Below are positions 26,067 to 36,113 of a DNA stretch of 64,000 nucleotides, piece after piece. The stretch is from an uncultured Pelagibacteraceae bacterium (GTDB lineage: Bacteria; Pseudomonadota; Alphaproteobacteria; Pelagibacterales; AG-422-B15), in NCBI GenBank assembly GCA_902578305.1, contig CACHCK010000001.1:183136-247135 (forward strand), given 5' to 3'. Below the pieces are notes generated by a model. That model saw only the letters and a list, made by a program, of their open reading frames with translations. It ran no database searches and was not told the origin of the DNA. The position numbers and the translations under genes were made by a program. Every line of letters starts with the position of its first letter. Positions within the stretch are counted from its first letter, which is position 1.

Positions 26067-27570
26067 ATCAAACTATCTATTTGATGAAATATTCAAATCT
26101 AACGAAACGAGTCCAAATATTTTTTTGATCAATGAAACTAAAGAGATAAGTTACTTAGAATTCAATGAAATTGTAAATCAAATTTCTAATTACTTAATAG
26201 ATATAAATTTATTACCAGGTGACCGCGTGGCCATACAGGCAGAAAAGAATGTAATTCAACTTGCTACATATGTAGCAACCGTTAAAGCTGGTGGTGTTTA
26301 TCTGCCACTCAATACTGGCTATACCCTAAGTGAATTAGAATATTTCTTCAATGACGCCAAACCTAAGGTGATAATTGTCGATGACAAAATTCAAAATGAA
26401 GTAAAAAACTTAGTGAGCTATTCTTCGGTTTCAATTTTATCATTAAATTTAGATGAAACTGGTTCATTGATTGAGCAGATAAAAAAATATCCAAAAAAAT
26501 TTCAATCTATTAAAAGAAACGAAAATGACTTAGCTGCCATTTTATATACATCCGGTACTACTGGAAAATCAAAAGGAGCGATGCTATCGCATAGAAATTT
26601 GGTTTCAAATTCTGAAGTTTTAAGAAAATTTTGGAAATTTACAGAAAATGATGTTCTTTTACATATGCTACCTATTTACCATACGCACGGTCTTTTTGTT
26701 GCATGTAATCTTCTTGCAATTGTTGGAGGATCAATGATTTTCTTGGAAAAATTTGATACTGAAAAAGCCTTGCTTTGGATGAAAAGAGCCACATCCATGA
26801 TGGGCGTGCCAACTTTTTATACAAGATTGTTGGCAAATGAAAAATTAAATAATAAGTCAGCAAAACACATCAGACTATTTATTTCTGGTTCAGCACCTTT
26901 ACTATCAGAAACTCACATTGAATTTGAAGAAAGAACTGGTAAAAAAATTCTTGAGAGATATGGCATGACAGAAACAAATATGAATATTTCAAATCCATAT
27001 GACGGATTACGAAAAGCAGGTACAGTGGGCATACCTCTTCCAGGCATTGAAATAAGAATAGTCAATGAAGAAGGCAAGGAAGTTGAAGAGGGTCAAATAG
27101 GGACTATTGAACTTAAGGGCGAAAATATTTTCAAGGGGTACTGGGGAATGGAAGAAAAGACCAAAGAATCATTTAAAGATGATGGTTTCTTCATAACAGG
27201 TGATCTCGCAAAGAAAGATGAAAATGGCTACTTTACTATTGTTGGTAGAGATAAAGATATGATTATAAGCGGTGGACTAAATGTTTATCCTAAGGAAATA
27301 GAAGACGTGATAAACGAGTTGCCAAATATCACAGAGTCAGCAGTTTTTGGTGTTCAACATGATGATTTTGGCGAAGCAGTTGTTGCGGCAGTAGTGACAA
27401 CAGATGATAAAAATGACGGTAGTCAAATATTGGATTATACAAAAAATAAAATTGCTAAATATAAACAGCCAAAAAAAATAATATTTATGTCGAATTTACC
27501 TAGAAATTCTATGGGCAAAGTTCAAAAAAATAAATTGAGAGAAAATTATAAAAGTTTATTTAAGAGTTAA
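26047..27570 (+). CDS. AMP-dependent acyl-CoA ligase (MatB/malonyl-CoA synthetase-like)
   Basis: YTSGTTGKSKGAMLSHRNL, YGMTET, FFITGDLA and MGKVQKNKL. It overlaps the enolase-family gene (start 26047 or 26059). Confidence 0.9.
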   Translation: MKRVMTESNYLFDEIFKSNETSPNIFLINETKEISYLEFNEIVNQISNYLIDINLLPGDRVAIQAEKNVIQLATYVATVKAGGVYLPLNTGYTLSELEYFFNDAKPKVIIVDDKIQNEVKNLVSYSSVSILSLNLDETGSLIEQIKKYPKKFQSIKRNENDLAAILYTSGTTGKSKGAMLSHRNLVSNSEVLRKFWKFTENDVLLHMLPIYHTHGLFVACNLLAIVGGSMIFLEKFDTEKALLWMKRATSMMGVPTFYTRLLANEKLNNKSAKHIRLFISGSAPLLSETHIEFEERTGKKILERYGMTETNMNISNPYDGLRKAGTVGIPLPGIEIRIVNEEGKEVEEGQIGTIELKGENIFKGYWGMEEKTKESFKDDGFFITGDLAKKDENGYFTIVGRDKDMIISGGLNVYPKEIEDVINELPNITESAVFGVQHDDFGEAVVAAVVTTDDKNDGSQILDYTKNKIAKYKQPKKIIFMSNLPRNSMGKVQKNKLRENYKSLFKS

Positions 27571-28552
27571 CTTCTATCCAGTTATTGATTTCCTCAACAA
27601 AGAAATCGTCTTGTGGGGAGTTTAGAATTCCAATAATATCATGATAATTAAAGCCTCCTAAATTAGTATCGTTATTAATTATTTTCTTAGGTCCTTTCCA
27701 TTTTTCAAATATTTTTTTAACTCCCTCAGCGTTTACTACTTTATCTTTTTCTTCATAAAATACTAAAAGTGGAATCTTAGTCTCTTGAAATTCAAGTTTC
27801 CTTCCAGAAAATGCCGCCACCCAAAGCTGTCTTGGGAGTTCCCTGTGAAATTCATTGACCCAAAAAGGATCCCATTCTTCATTTGGCAAGTTAAACATTC
27901 TAGGAAAATTAAACTTGTATTGGCTTTTAAAAAATAACCCAGTCGCCGCTAAGAAATAAGGAGGAGATAGCTTAGGAGTCCATGGTGCCACAAGCACCAA
28001 ATGATCAATTTTTTCACTTAATTTCTGATCTTTTGCAGCCATTAATGCAAATGAACCTCCAGCTGAAAAACCCATTAATATCACTTTGTTTCCGATTTTA
28101 TTGCCTACTGCAACAGCTTCGGCTGCATCTTCGAGAAAATTTTTGGCCTCCAGAGATTTTGTAGATTCAAAACCAGAGCCATGGCCAGCTAGTCTTGATA
28201 TAAATAAATTAGCCTTTAATTTTTTGGCAATCTTTACCAAAACTTCTTCTTGTTGACGCCCCGTCGCAAAACTTCCATGAAGATAAACAATTGAATATTC
28301 AGTTTTAATTTTCGCATCATCATGCCATATGATTTTTTTCTTTGCTCGGGGATCAGTATTCTCAAAAAGCAGTTCTTTTTCAGCAATATAGCTTTCAACA
28401 TCTTTATCAATGACAATATCAGGAAAAGTTATTTTTATTGTATTAAATAAATAGGGCAGAGTAATTCCTACAATAAAGATGACTGGTACTATTAAAACAA
28501 TAGCAACTATAAGCAATGCTCGATATAATTTAAACCTGGTAGCCCTAGACAT
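27560..28552 (-). CDS. Membrane-anchored alpha/beta hydrolase (esterase/lipase-like)
   Basis: N-terminal TM, an HG oxyanion region (VYLHGSF) and a GFSAGG nucleophile elbow. Confidence 0.75.
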   Translation of the reverse strand: MSRATRFKLYRALLIVAIVLIVPVIFIVGITLPYLFNTIKITFPDIVIDKDVESYIAEKELLFENTDPRAKKKIIWHDDAKIKTEYSIVYLHGSFATGRQQEEVLVKIAKKLKANLFISRLAGHGSGFESTKSLEAKNFLEDAAEAVAVGNKIGNKVILMGFSAGGSFALMAAKDQKLSEKIDHLVLVAPWTPKLSPPYFLAATGLFFKSQYKFNFPRMFNLPNEEWDPFWVNEFHRELPRQLWVAAFSGRKLEFQETKIPLLVFYEEKDKVVNAEGVKKIFEKWKGPKKIINNDTNLGGFNYHDIIGILNSPQDDFFVEEINNWIEVNS

Positions 28553-28928
28553 TTACACTTGTATATGAGCAAATTTTGTTACCATCTGGGTCTCTGATGT
28601 ATGCATAATAAACATTACTGTCGCTTGGTCTAAAACCTGGATCCCCTTCATTTTGTGCTCCAAGTCCTAAAGCAGTTTTGTGAAACTTATCAACTTGTTC
28701 TTTTGACTCGGTCAAAAAGGATATCTGTGTACCATTTCCAAATGTAACAGGCTTTCCATTTGCCGGTTTGGTTATATAGAACTCAACATCTTGTTTCCCC
28801 TCTCTAGCATAACCTACACACACCTCATCCTCATAAATTGAAACTATTCCCATTACTGCGAGGACAACATCGTAGAATGCTTTAGATTCTTTTAAATTAC
28901 TTGACCCAACCATTACGTATCCTCTCAT
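28545..28928 (-). CDS. VOC/glyoxalase-family protein
   Basis: 127 aa. The N-terminal beta-alpha-beta pattern (SKAFYDVVL) and the C-terminal YIRDPDGNKI are typical of the family. Confidence 0.75.
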   Translation of the reverse strand: MRGYVMVGSSNLKESKAFYDVVLAVMGIVSIYEDEVCVGYAREGKQDVEFYITKPANGKPVTFGNGTQISFLTESKEQVDKFHKTALGLGAQNEGDPGFRPSDSNVYYAYIRDPDGNKICSYTSVNV

Positions 28929-28940
28929 TATCTATCCTTT

Positions 28941-30104
28941 CTATGAATATTGCTTTGATGTTACTTCCTCAAGCATCAGAATCATTTTGGCTTTATAGTC
29001 TTCATCAGTTGCTGAGTCGGTTTCTAAAACAGAAAAAAAACTTGCAACAACATTTGTTTCTAAGTTAATCATTAAAAATTGCCCACCGTATCCAGAATGC
29101 CCAATCCAATTATTAGATTTCATAGTTTGATTTGCATAATAAACATATTTTTCATCTTTTAAGTGCATATATTTTGGACCTTTTTCAGAAACTGTATCAT
29201 CAATAAATTTACGAGAGCCAGCTAATCTATTTCTGATCCCAAGACCTTTTCTTGAGAAATGCAGTCCCATGCGTAGCAAATCTCTTGCAACAAGACAACC
29301 ACCACCGGACAGCCATGGCATCCCACCTCTATCTGTTGCCATATACAAACCATCTTCAAGACCCATTGCTTCTACTGACGAGAGAAGCCACTCTCGCAGC
29401 TCTCTTCCACTTAATTTTTCAATTAGTAGAGCAATCACATCGCTGTTTGCTGACTTATAGAATGCTTTATCAGAATTGTTTATTACAGAATTAGTTCCAT
29501 CTGTTTGAATACTGTTCAAGAAATCTTCTTGAAACTTTTCATCTTTATCTTTATCTGGTATTCGCCAGCCACCAACAGTTTCATGCATAAATGATGTTGA
29601 ATACGGATCAGTATAATCTTCGGTAAAAGCATTAATAATGTTCATATTTAATACGTTTTGAACCGTCGCTTTTGAATATCCTTCTCCAATATTGGGCAAA
29701 TAATAGCCAATAGGTTTTTCCAATTGCAATTCACCTTTCTCAACTAATTCACCGACAAATAGATTTAAAAACATCTTTGAAATTGACATTATTGTATGTG
29801 GTGTTTCAGAAGAGAAATCTTTTGCATATTTCTCAAAAAATATTTCTTGCCCTCTTCCAACTATTAAAGAACAAAAAGATTTATGGCTCGTCATTTCCCT
29901 TACTGAGTTTATTTTATCTATTTCATCTTTACTGTTCTCATTAAGCAAAAGAACGTAATCTGATCTTAACAAAAGACCATATCTGTTTATTTTATGAAGA
30001 TTCCGATAGCCAGTTCTTCTATATTCAGGAAGGTTCCATTTAGCTTTATTGTCGCGTAATGTTACAAGAGTTGGGTTTGGGGTATCGACTAACTTATTAA
30101 CCAT
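28941..30104 (-). CDS. Serine hydrolase of the beta-lactamase/transpeptidase-like family
   Basis: SxxK motif SISK within HTIMSISKMF, and a late HSGYGGQ (KTG-like position). Confidence 0.8.
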   Translation of the reverse strand: MVNKLVDTPNPTLVTLRDNKAKWNLPEYRRTGYRNLHKINRYGLLLRSDYVLLLNENSKDEIDKINSVREMTSHKSFCSLIVGRGQEIFFEKYAKDFSSETPHTIMSISKMFLNLFVGELVEKGELQLEKPIGYYLPNIGEGYSKATVQNVLNMNIINAFTEDYTDPYSTSFMHETVGGWRIPDKDKDEKFQEDFLNSIQTDGTNSVINNSDKAFYKSANSDVIALLIEKLSGRELREWLLSSVEAMGLEDGLYMATDRGGMPWLSGGGCLVARDLLRMGLHFSRKGLGIRNRLAGSRKFIDDTVSEKGPKYMHLKDEKYVYYANQTMKSNNWIGHSGYGGQFLMINLETNVVASFFSVLETDSATDEDYKAKMILMLEEVTSKQYS

Positions 30105-31521
30105 TAATTATATTAGGTTTGATTTTTGAATGATTAAAGATTTCTTCATAATATTTTCCAATTTGTATCACTTTTTCATCTGATTTATTTTTTCCAATTA
30201 ATTGCATACCCATTGGCAGTCCCTCAGCATTAAAGCCAACTGGTAATGAGATGGTAGGCAATTGAAACATGCTTGCAAATACCGTAACTTCCATCCAGCG
30301 ATGGTATGTGTCCATCTGGGTTTTTGAAATACTTTTTGGAAAATCTATTTCTTTGTTAAATGGAAATAATTGTGCTGATGGTAAAGCAATAAAATCATAT
30401 TTTTCAAATATACTATCGACATACTTTTTATAATTATTATACCAATCAATGGAATTAGAAACTTGATCGTCTGAAACTTTACTTCCTTCTTCGTATTCCC
30501 ATTTAGCTGGAAAGCTTAGTTCATTAAAATCCTTAATTTGCATTGCAGAAATATCATTAAATGTGATCTTTGACCTGAGAGTGCACCATGTATCCCATAG
30601 TTTATCTGGATCAATATTAACTTTGCATTGTTCTAAAAATATCTTTTTGTCTGTTTCCACGAGCTTGTTTAAAGAAGCTTCGCATAATTCTATAATTCCT
30701 TCTTCAAAAGAATAGTGTTCAACAAAGTTACTAATCCAACCAATCTTTATTTCACTAGATAAATTTTTAGTTATTGACTGAAATGAACCCTCAAAGTTAA
30801 ACGAGTAGGGATCTTCTATATCTTTTCCAACGACGGCATCTAAAAAAATACTTAAGTCATCAGGTGTTCTGGCAATTCCACCTGGAGTCGTCAATACAGG
30901 AAATTTACTGGTTTCTCTTTTATCAGATATCAGTCCAGGAGATGGTCTAAAGCCATATAGATTTGTGAAAGCTGCAGGGTTTCTGCAAGAGCCCATCATG
31001 TCCGTACCATCAGAAAATGGTATAAGGCAGCTGGCTACAGCTGCTGACGCTCCTCCGCTTGAGCCGCCAGGTGATAGATTATAGTTATAAGGATTTGAAA
31101 CTGGATCAAATAATTTATTCTTTGTATGAGATCCAATTGCTAGTTCTGCCATATTTGATTTTCCAATAATTGTGGCTCCTTGATGCTTTATTTTTTTTAC
31201 AATTAACGAGTCATTTTGTGGAAAATTATTTCGATATTCAAGTATTCCATAAGTAGTTGGCAGTCCAGTTACGTCGAATAATTCTTTTGAAACAAATGGA
31301 AGTCCAAATAAAATTTGTTTTCTTGTAACATCAACTTTTTGTTCATCCTTTGCCTTTGCTTTATCAATAATCCAATCTTTGTCTCTAAGTGACACAATGG
31401 CGTTAAGCTTAGGATTAAGCTTTTCAATATTGGATAAGTATTCTTGAAAAAGTTCTTCAACTTTTATTTCTTTTTTAGAAATTAAATCAATTTGATCCCG
31501 AACAGATAAATGAGTAATCAT
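30097..31521 (-). CDS. Amidase (amidase-signature family)
   Basis: GGSSGGASAAVA signature with flanking GKSNMAE and GTDMMGSCRNPAAF. Confidence 0.9.
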   Translation of the reverse strand: MITHLSVRDQIDLISKKEIKVEELFQEYLSNIEKLNPKLNAIVSLRDKDWIIDKAKAKDEQKVDVTRKQILFGLPFVSKELFDVTGLPTTYGILEYRNNFPQNDSLIVKKIKHQGATIIGKSNMAELAIGSHTKNKLFDPVSNPYNYNLSPGGSSGGASAAVASCLIPFSDGTDMMGSCRNPAAFTNLYGFRPSPGLISDKRETSKFPVLTTPGGIARTPDDLSIFLDAVVGKDIEDPYSFNFEGSFQSITKNLSSEIKIGWISNFVEHYSFEEGIIELCEASLNKLVETDKKIFLEQCKVNIDPDKLWDTWCTLRSKITFNDISAMQIKDFNELSFPAKWEYEEGSKVSDDQVSNSIDWYNNYKKYVDSIFEKYDFIALPSAQLFPFNKEIDFPKSISKTQMDTYHRWMEVTVFASMFQLPTISLPVGFNAEGLPMGMQLIGKNKSDEKVIQIGKYYEEIFNHSKIKPNIING

Positions 31522-31533
31522 CTACGAGGTTTT

Positions 31534-32724
31534 TTATCTAGCTCCAAAAATACTGACCTTGACGAGCTCTCTAACATCATCCAATGTGGCTGAACGAGGG
31601 TTAGTGCCAAAGGCTGTATCAATCATTGACTTTTCAGATATTCTCTCAATACAATCTTCTGGAACACCAATTTCATTTAAACCCTTGGGTATCTTAATTC
31701 GATCTAGTATTTTTTCCATGCTTTCGATGAAATGATTTGCAGTATGATCTTTATATTGCATTGCCTGAGCCATTCTCATCACTTTCTCTTCCATATCTGG
31801 TAGGTTGTATCTTAGAACTGCTGGCAAAATAATAGCATTAGTTAGTCCGTGATGCGTATTAAATTCTGCCCCAACCATATGCGCAATAGCGTGAACAAGA
31901 CCCAGCCCTTTTATAAAAGAAACTCCCCCCAAACACGAAGCAACAAGCATAGCCCCTCTTGCTTCAAGATTATTTGGTTCTTCTACGGCTGTAATGAGTG
32001 ATTTAGAAATTAAGTTTAGACTTTCGAGTGCGGCACCGTCACATAAGGGGTGAAAACCTGGAACACAATAACCCTCAATTGAGTGGATCATTGCATCTGC
32101 ACCTGTCCATGCTGTAAGATTTGAGGGTAATCCCAATGTTAGTTCAGGATCGAGCAATGCCAATGAAGGCTTCAATTCAGGATGCATTATACAAAGTTTA
32201 ATTCCTTGTTTGGTATCTGTTACCATTGCTGTACTTTCTGTTTCAGCGCCTGTTCCAGCTGTTGTAGGAATTGTAATAAGTTTAGGAAATTTATTATCTG
32301 GTCCAATGACTTGAGGTGTCTTTTCCCACTCAAAGTCAAATAACTCAATTTCATTATTAGCGGTTAGACAAATTGACTTGCCACCATCCATGGCACTTCC
32401 GCCGCCAATAGCAATTATTGCATCGTGATTGTTATCATTGAAAAGTTTTTTTCCTGATGCAATTTCATCATCTCTTGGGTTGGGTGAAATTTTTGAGTAA
32501 ATACCTGAATTAATTTTCGATTTTTTTAAAATTTCGACCAAGTTATCAATGAAGGGAAGATCAACACTGCCACTATCAGTGACAATAAGTGGATTGGTTA
32601 TCTCATTCTCAGAACAATAATTTCCAATTTCGGAAAATCTACCTGGACCATATGCTATCGGTACAGGGAAACCCCAATCTTGAGGGGCAAGAATTTCTTC
32701 TTTATTCAAATTGAAAAGCGTCAT
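31534..32724 (-). CDS. Iron-containing (type III) alcohol dehydrogenase, GbsB-like candidate
   Basis: GGGSAMDGGK, and metal-ligand histidines in HSIEGY and HAIAHMVGAEFNTHHG. Confidence 0.9.
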   Translation of the reverse strand: MTLFNLNKEEILAPQDWGFPVPIAYGPGRFSEIGNYCSENEITNPLIVTDSGSVDLPFIDNLVEILKKSKINSGIYSKISPNPRDDEIASGKKLFNDNNHDAIIAIGGGSAMDGGKSICLTANNEIELFDFEWEKTPQVIGPDNKFPKLITIPTTAGTGAETESTAMVTDTKQGIKLCIMHPELKPSLALLDPELTLGLPSNLTAWTGADAMIHSIEGYCVPGFHPLCDGAALESLNLISKSLITAVEEPNNLEARGAMLVASCLGGVSFIKGLGLVHAIAHMVGAEFNTHHGLTNAIILPAVLRYNLPDMEEKVMRMAQAMQYKDHTANHFIESMEKILDRIKIPKGLNEIGVPEDCIERISEKSMIDTAFGTNPRSATLDDVRELVKVSIFGAR

Positions 32725-32744
32725 GGTTTATTTATTCAAATTAA

Positions 32745-33785
32745 TTAAGATGTCATTGATTTTAAGACTATTGACCGATCAATTTCACCAATTAGTTCTC
32801 CTGAAACTGCATCGATTACAGGATATTTTTTGTCAGTGTCAGCTATCTGATTAATTAAAGTATCGATTTTAACGTCACTTTTAATACACTCATTGCCCTG
32901 GGCAAACAGAGTCTTTGTATCCTCACAGCATTCTTTTCTTGCACATTTACCCGCACTTAAAACTTTGTATTTGGGAACGTCTTCAGTGAAGTCTTTTACA
33001 TATTGATCTACGGGATTTGCAACAATTTCCTCTGGTGTACCAACTTGTGATATTTCTCCATCTTTCATAATCGCAATATGATCACCCATTTTAATAGCTT
33101 CAGAAAAATCATGTGTAATGAATACCATTGTTTTTTGAACCATTTTTTGAATGCTAATTAACTCGTCTTGCATTTCCCTTCTTATCAATGGATCCAGTGC
33201 TGAGAAAGGTTCGTCAAAAATTAGAATCTCTGGATCTACTGCTAGAGCTCTAGCTAGTCCAACTCTTTGTTGCATTCCACCTGACAATTCACGAGGGTAA
33301 TGTTGATCCCAACCTTCTAATCCTACAAGTTTAAGTGTTTCCATTGACTTATCTAATCGATCTTTTTTCTTTACTCCCCTTATTTCAAGTCCATAGCCAA
33401 TATTTTCTATCACTCTTCGATGAGGGAAAAGACCAAAGTGCTGAAATACCATACTCATTCTATTACGCCTCAGATCTGTTAAATCCCTATTGCTCATCAA
33501 TGTTACATCTTGATTGTCAATTTTTACCTCACCTGCTGTTGGCTCAATCAGTCTTGATAAACATCTTACTAATGTAGATTTACCACTACCTGATAAACCC
33601 ATTACAACGAACGTTTCACCTTTTTGAACTGAGAAACTTACATCTTTAACTGCAACCACATGTCCAGTTTTTTCTTGCACTTCACTTCTTGAAAGATTTT
33701 TGTCTAAATTTGTAAGAACATTTTTTTCATTTGGCCCAAATACCTTCCATATATTTGTGCATACTATTTTGTCATTTTTTTCCAT
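32745..33785 (-). CDS. proV: Glycine betaine/proline-type ABC transporter ATP-binding protein
   Basis: Walker A GLSGSGKST, signature LSGGMQQRV, Walker B ILIFDEP, and a C-terminal CBS-like tail. Confidence 0.9.
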   Translation of the reverse strand: MEKNDKIVCTNIWKVFGPNEKNVLTNLDKNLSRSEVQEKTGHVVAVKDVSFSVQKGETFVVMGLSGSGKSTLVRCLSRLIEPTAGEVKIDNQDVTLMSNRDLTDLRRNRMSMVFQHFGLFPHRRVIENIGYGLEIRGVKKKDRLDKSMETLKLVGLEGWDQHYPRELSGGMQQRVGLARALAVDPEILIFDEPFSALDPLIRREMQDELISIQKMVQKTMVFITHDFSEAIKMGDHIAIMKDGEISQVGTPEEIVANPVDQYVKDFTEDVPKYKVLSAGKCARKECCEDTKTLFAQGNECIKSDVKIDTLINQIADTDKKYPVIDAVSGELIGEIDRSIVLKSMTS

Positions 33786-33871
33786 TATTTTTGAGTGCTT
33801 TATCTGCTGAATGTTATACTATGTTGAAGATTTTTGAATAATTTATTTAACCTTGAGGAATACTATTTTAC

Positions 33872-35992
33872 ATGGCATTAACCCAGGATACATCGCTTTT
33901 ATCTTCTAAAAGTAGTACTCAGAGTCTAATCATACCTGGGCTAATTTTTGCTGCAATTCTAGCTTCAATCTGGCTTGCATTCCAAGGTGAAGATGTTTCA
34001 GAATTTCCTGTCTTTATAACAGATGCTTTTACTTTTACAGCTTGGGTCAATGCTGGTGAAGATTTTCTAAAAGATAATATTAAAGTTTATACAAGGATGG
34101 TTGCTGGTTATGTAAAAGACCTTTATTGGATGCTCGAAGATTTTTTACTAGATTCATCTTGGGTATTTATAGCGGCGCTATTGCTTATTCCATCACTTGC
34201 ATTTGGTGGAATTAAATTAGGTTTTCTTGTTCTTTTTGGCACCATGTATTGGGGAATGGTTGGGCTTTGGGATTCTGCTATGGAAACTCTTGCTCTTATG
34301 GGTTTATCAGTATTCTTATCTGTAGCCGTTGGAGTGATACTTGGTATTTTCTGTGCATTAAGTGATCGTTTTGAGAGAAATATGAAACCAGCTCTCGATA
34401 TAATGCAAGTGATGCCTGCGTTTGTTTATCTTATCCCCGCAATGTTTTTCTTTGGAATCGGAGGTGCACCTGCAATTCTTGCAACAATGATTTATTCAAT
34501 GCCTCCTATTATTCGTCTCACAAACTTAGGTATACGTCAGGTCCCCAATGAAACAGTAGAAACAGCAACAGCTTTTGGTTCTAGTAAAAGTCAAATTTTA
34601 TTTAAAGTACAAATTCCATTAGCTCTGCCAAGCATCATGATGGGCGTTAACCAAACAATAATGATGGCATTGGCATTGGTTGTTTTAGCAACGTTTATCG
34701 GGGCTCAAGGTCTAGGTTCAGACATTTGGGTATCGATAAAAAAACTAGAAGTCGGAGCTGCTTTGGAAGGAGGTATTTGCGTTCTTTTAATGGCAATCAT
34801 GTTCGATAGATTTGGTAAAGCCGCTAGTCGGGAGACAGTGACTTTGCCATCCGATAGTCAAAAATTTTATCTTTTACCGCAAACATGGGATATTTATCCC
34901 ATTGCTAGACAGGTTGAAAAACCTCTACAGTTAATTCATTTTGCATTTGCATTTGTATTCTCAAGCGTCATTCGAATATTTTCTTTCATTTTAAATTCAG
35001 TAATTTCTTTATTTAATAAGGATTATGGCTCAGCTATTGCACAATTTATAAATGCTCATTATTTCTTTTTCTCTGGATTATTAATATTAATTGGCATTAT
35101 TTATTATGATGCAAACGTTGCTGCAATAGGAACATTTCCTGATGCATGGAATCTGTCAATAAGAGAAGAAATTTCTGCTGGTGTAAAATCATTGGTTGTA
35201 AATGATACGTTTATTTCAATAACCAAAACAATCAGATCAACTGTTGTTATTTACCTTCTAAGACCATTTGATTTTTATCTAACATATTTACCTTACTGGT
35301 TTACAATTGGGGCATTGGTTCTAATCAGCTGGAAATCTGTTGGAATTAGATTTGCGATTATTACTGCCATCCTTCTAGCATTCATCGGCGCTTGCAATAT
35401 TTGGACTGAAGCAATGATTACTCTTTCATCAGTTCTTATATCAGTTCTTTTATGTTTTGTAATTGGTGTGCCAATAGGTATCTTAGCATCTTACAGTAAG
35501 AGATTTCAAAATATCAACGAGGTAATATTAGATGCAATGCAAACATTGCCATATTTTTGTTACCTTGTTCCAGTTTTAATGTTTTTTGGTGGTGGGGCAT
35601 TTTCTGCATTACTTGCAACAATTATATACTCCATACCTCCAATAATACGTTTAACTGTATTGGGCCTGTCTCAAGTTTCTTCCACATATTCAGAAGTATC
35701 AAAGTCATTTGGAGGCACTACAATTCAGACTCTCAATAAGATAAAATTTCCTCTAGCAGTTCCTAGTTTGGTTATGGGTTTCAATCAAACAGTCATGATG
35801 GCTTTTGCGATGCAAATTGTTACACCTCTCATTGGTGGTAAAGGGCTAGGTCTTGAGGTATTTAATGGCTTAGCTCGATCAGATACTGGTAGAGCTCTTG
35901 CTGCTGGCATAGGAATTTGTTTATTAGCCATGATAATTGACCGTATCAGTCTTGCATGGACAAAAAAGCAAAGAGATGCCCTAGGTTTATAG
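33872..35992 (+). CDS. proW: Fused double-permease of a betaine-type ABC transporter (two ProW-like halves)
   Basis: Two EAA-loop copies are present: TATAFGSSKSQILFKVQIPLALPSIMMGVNQTIMMAL and VSKSFGGTTIQTLNKIKFPLAVPSLVMGFNQTVMMAF. Confidence 0.9.
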   Translation: MALTQDTSLLSSKSSTQSLIIPGLIFAAILASIWLAFQGEDVSEFPVFITDAFTFTAWVNAGEDFLKDNIKVYTRMVAGYVKDLYWMLEDFLLDSSWVFIAALLLIPSLAFGGIKLGFLVLFGTMYWGMVGLWDSAMETLALMGLSVFLSVAVGVILGIFCALSDRFERNMKPALDIMQVMPAFVYLIPAMFFFGIGGAPAILATMIYSMPPIIRLTNLGIRQVPNETVETATAFGSSKSQILFKVQIPLALPSIMMGVNQTIMMALALVVLATFIGAQGLGSDIWVSIKKLEVGAALEGGICVLLMAIMFDRFGKAASRETVTLPSDSQKFYLLPQTWDIYPIARQVEKPLQLIHFAFAFVFSSVIRIFSFILNSVISLFNKDYGSAIAQFINAHYFFFSGLLILIGIIYYDANVAAIGTFPDAWNLSIREEISAGVKSLVVNDTFISITKTIRSTVVIYLLRPFDFYLTYLPYWFTIGALVLISWKSVGIRFAIITAILLAFIGACNIWTEAMITLSSVLISVLLCFVIGVPIGILASYSKRFQNINEVILDAMQTLPYFCYLVPVLMFFGGGAFSALLATIIYSIPPIIRLTVLGLSQVSSTYSEVSKSFGGTTIQTLNKIKFPLAVPSLVMGFNQTVMMAFAMQIVTPLIGGKGLGLEVFNGLARSDTGRALAAGIGICLLAMIIDRISLAWTKKQRDALGL

Positions 35993-36113
35993 ATCTAATT
36001 TATATACATATTTCCTGATACTTTTCTTCAAAAAATGTTGATAAAGCGGTTTACTTATTCATCTTTTTTGGTCTAAAATTATTTATTAATTAATTAATAA
36101 AAAGGGGAAATTA

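Noticed and set aside
24921-27570. menC/menE (menaquinone) interpretation of the enolase-family and CoA-ligase pair
   Set aside because: No menB, menD, menF or menH-like genes are adjacent, and the ligase motifs look MatB-like rather than MenE-like. The idea is kept only as an analogy.
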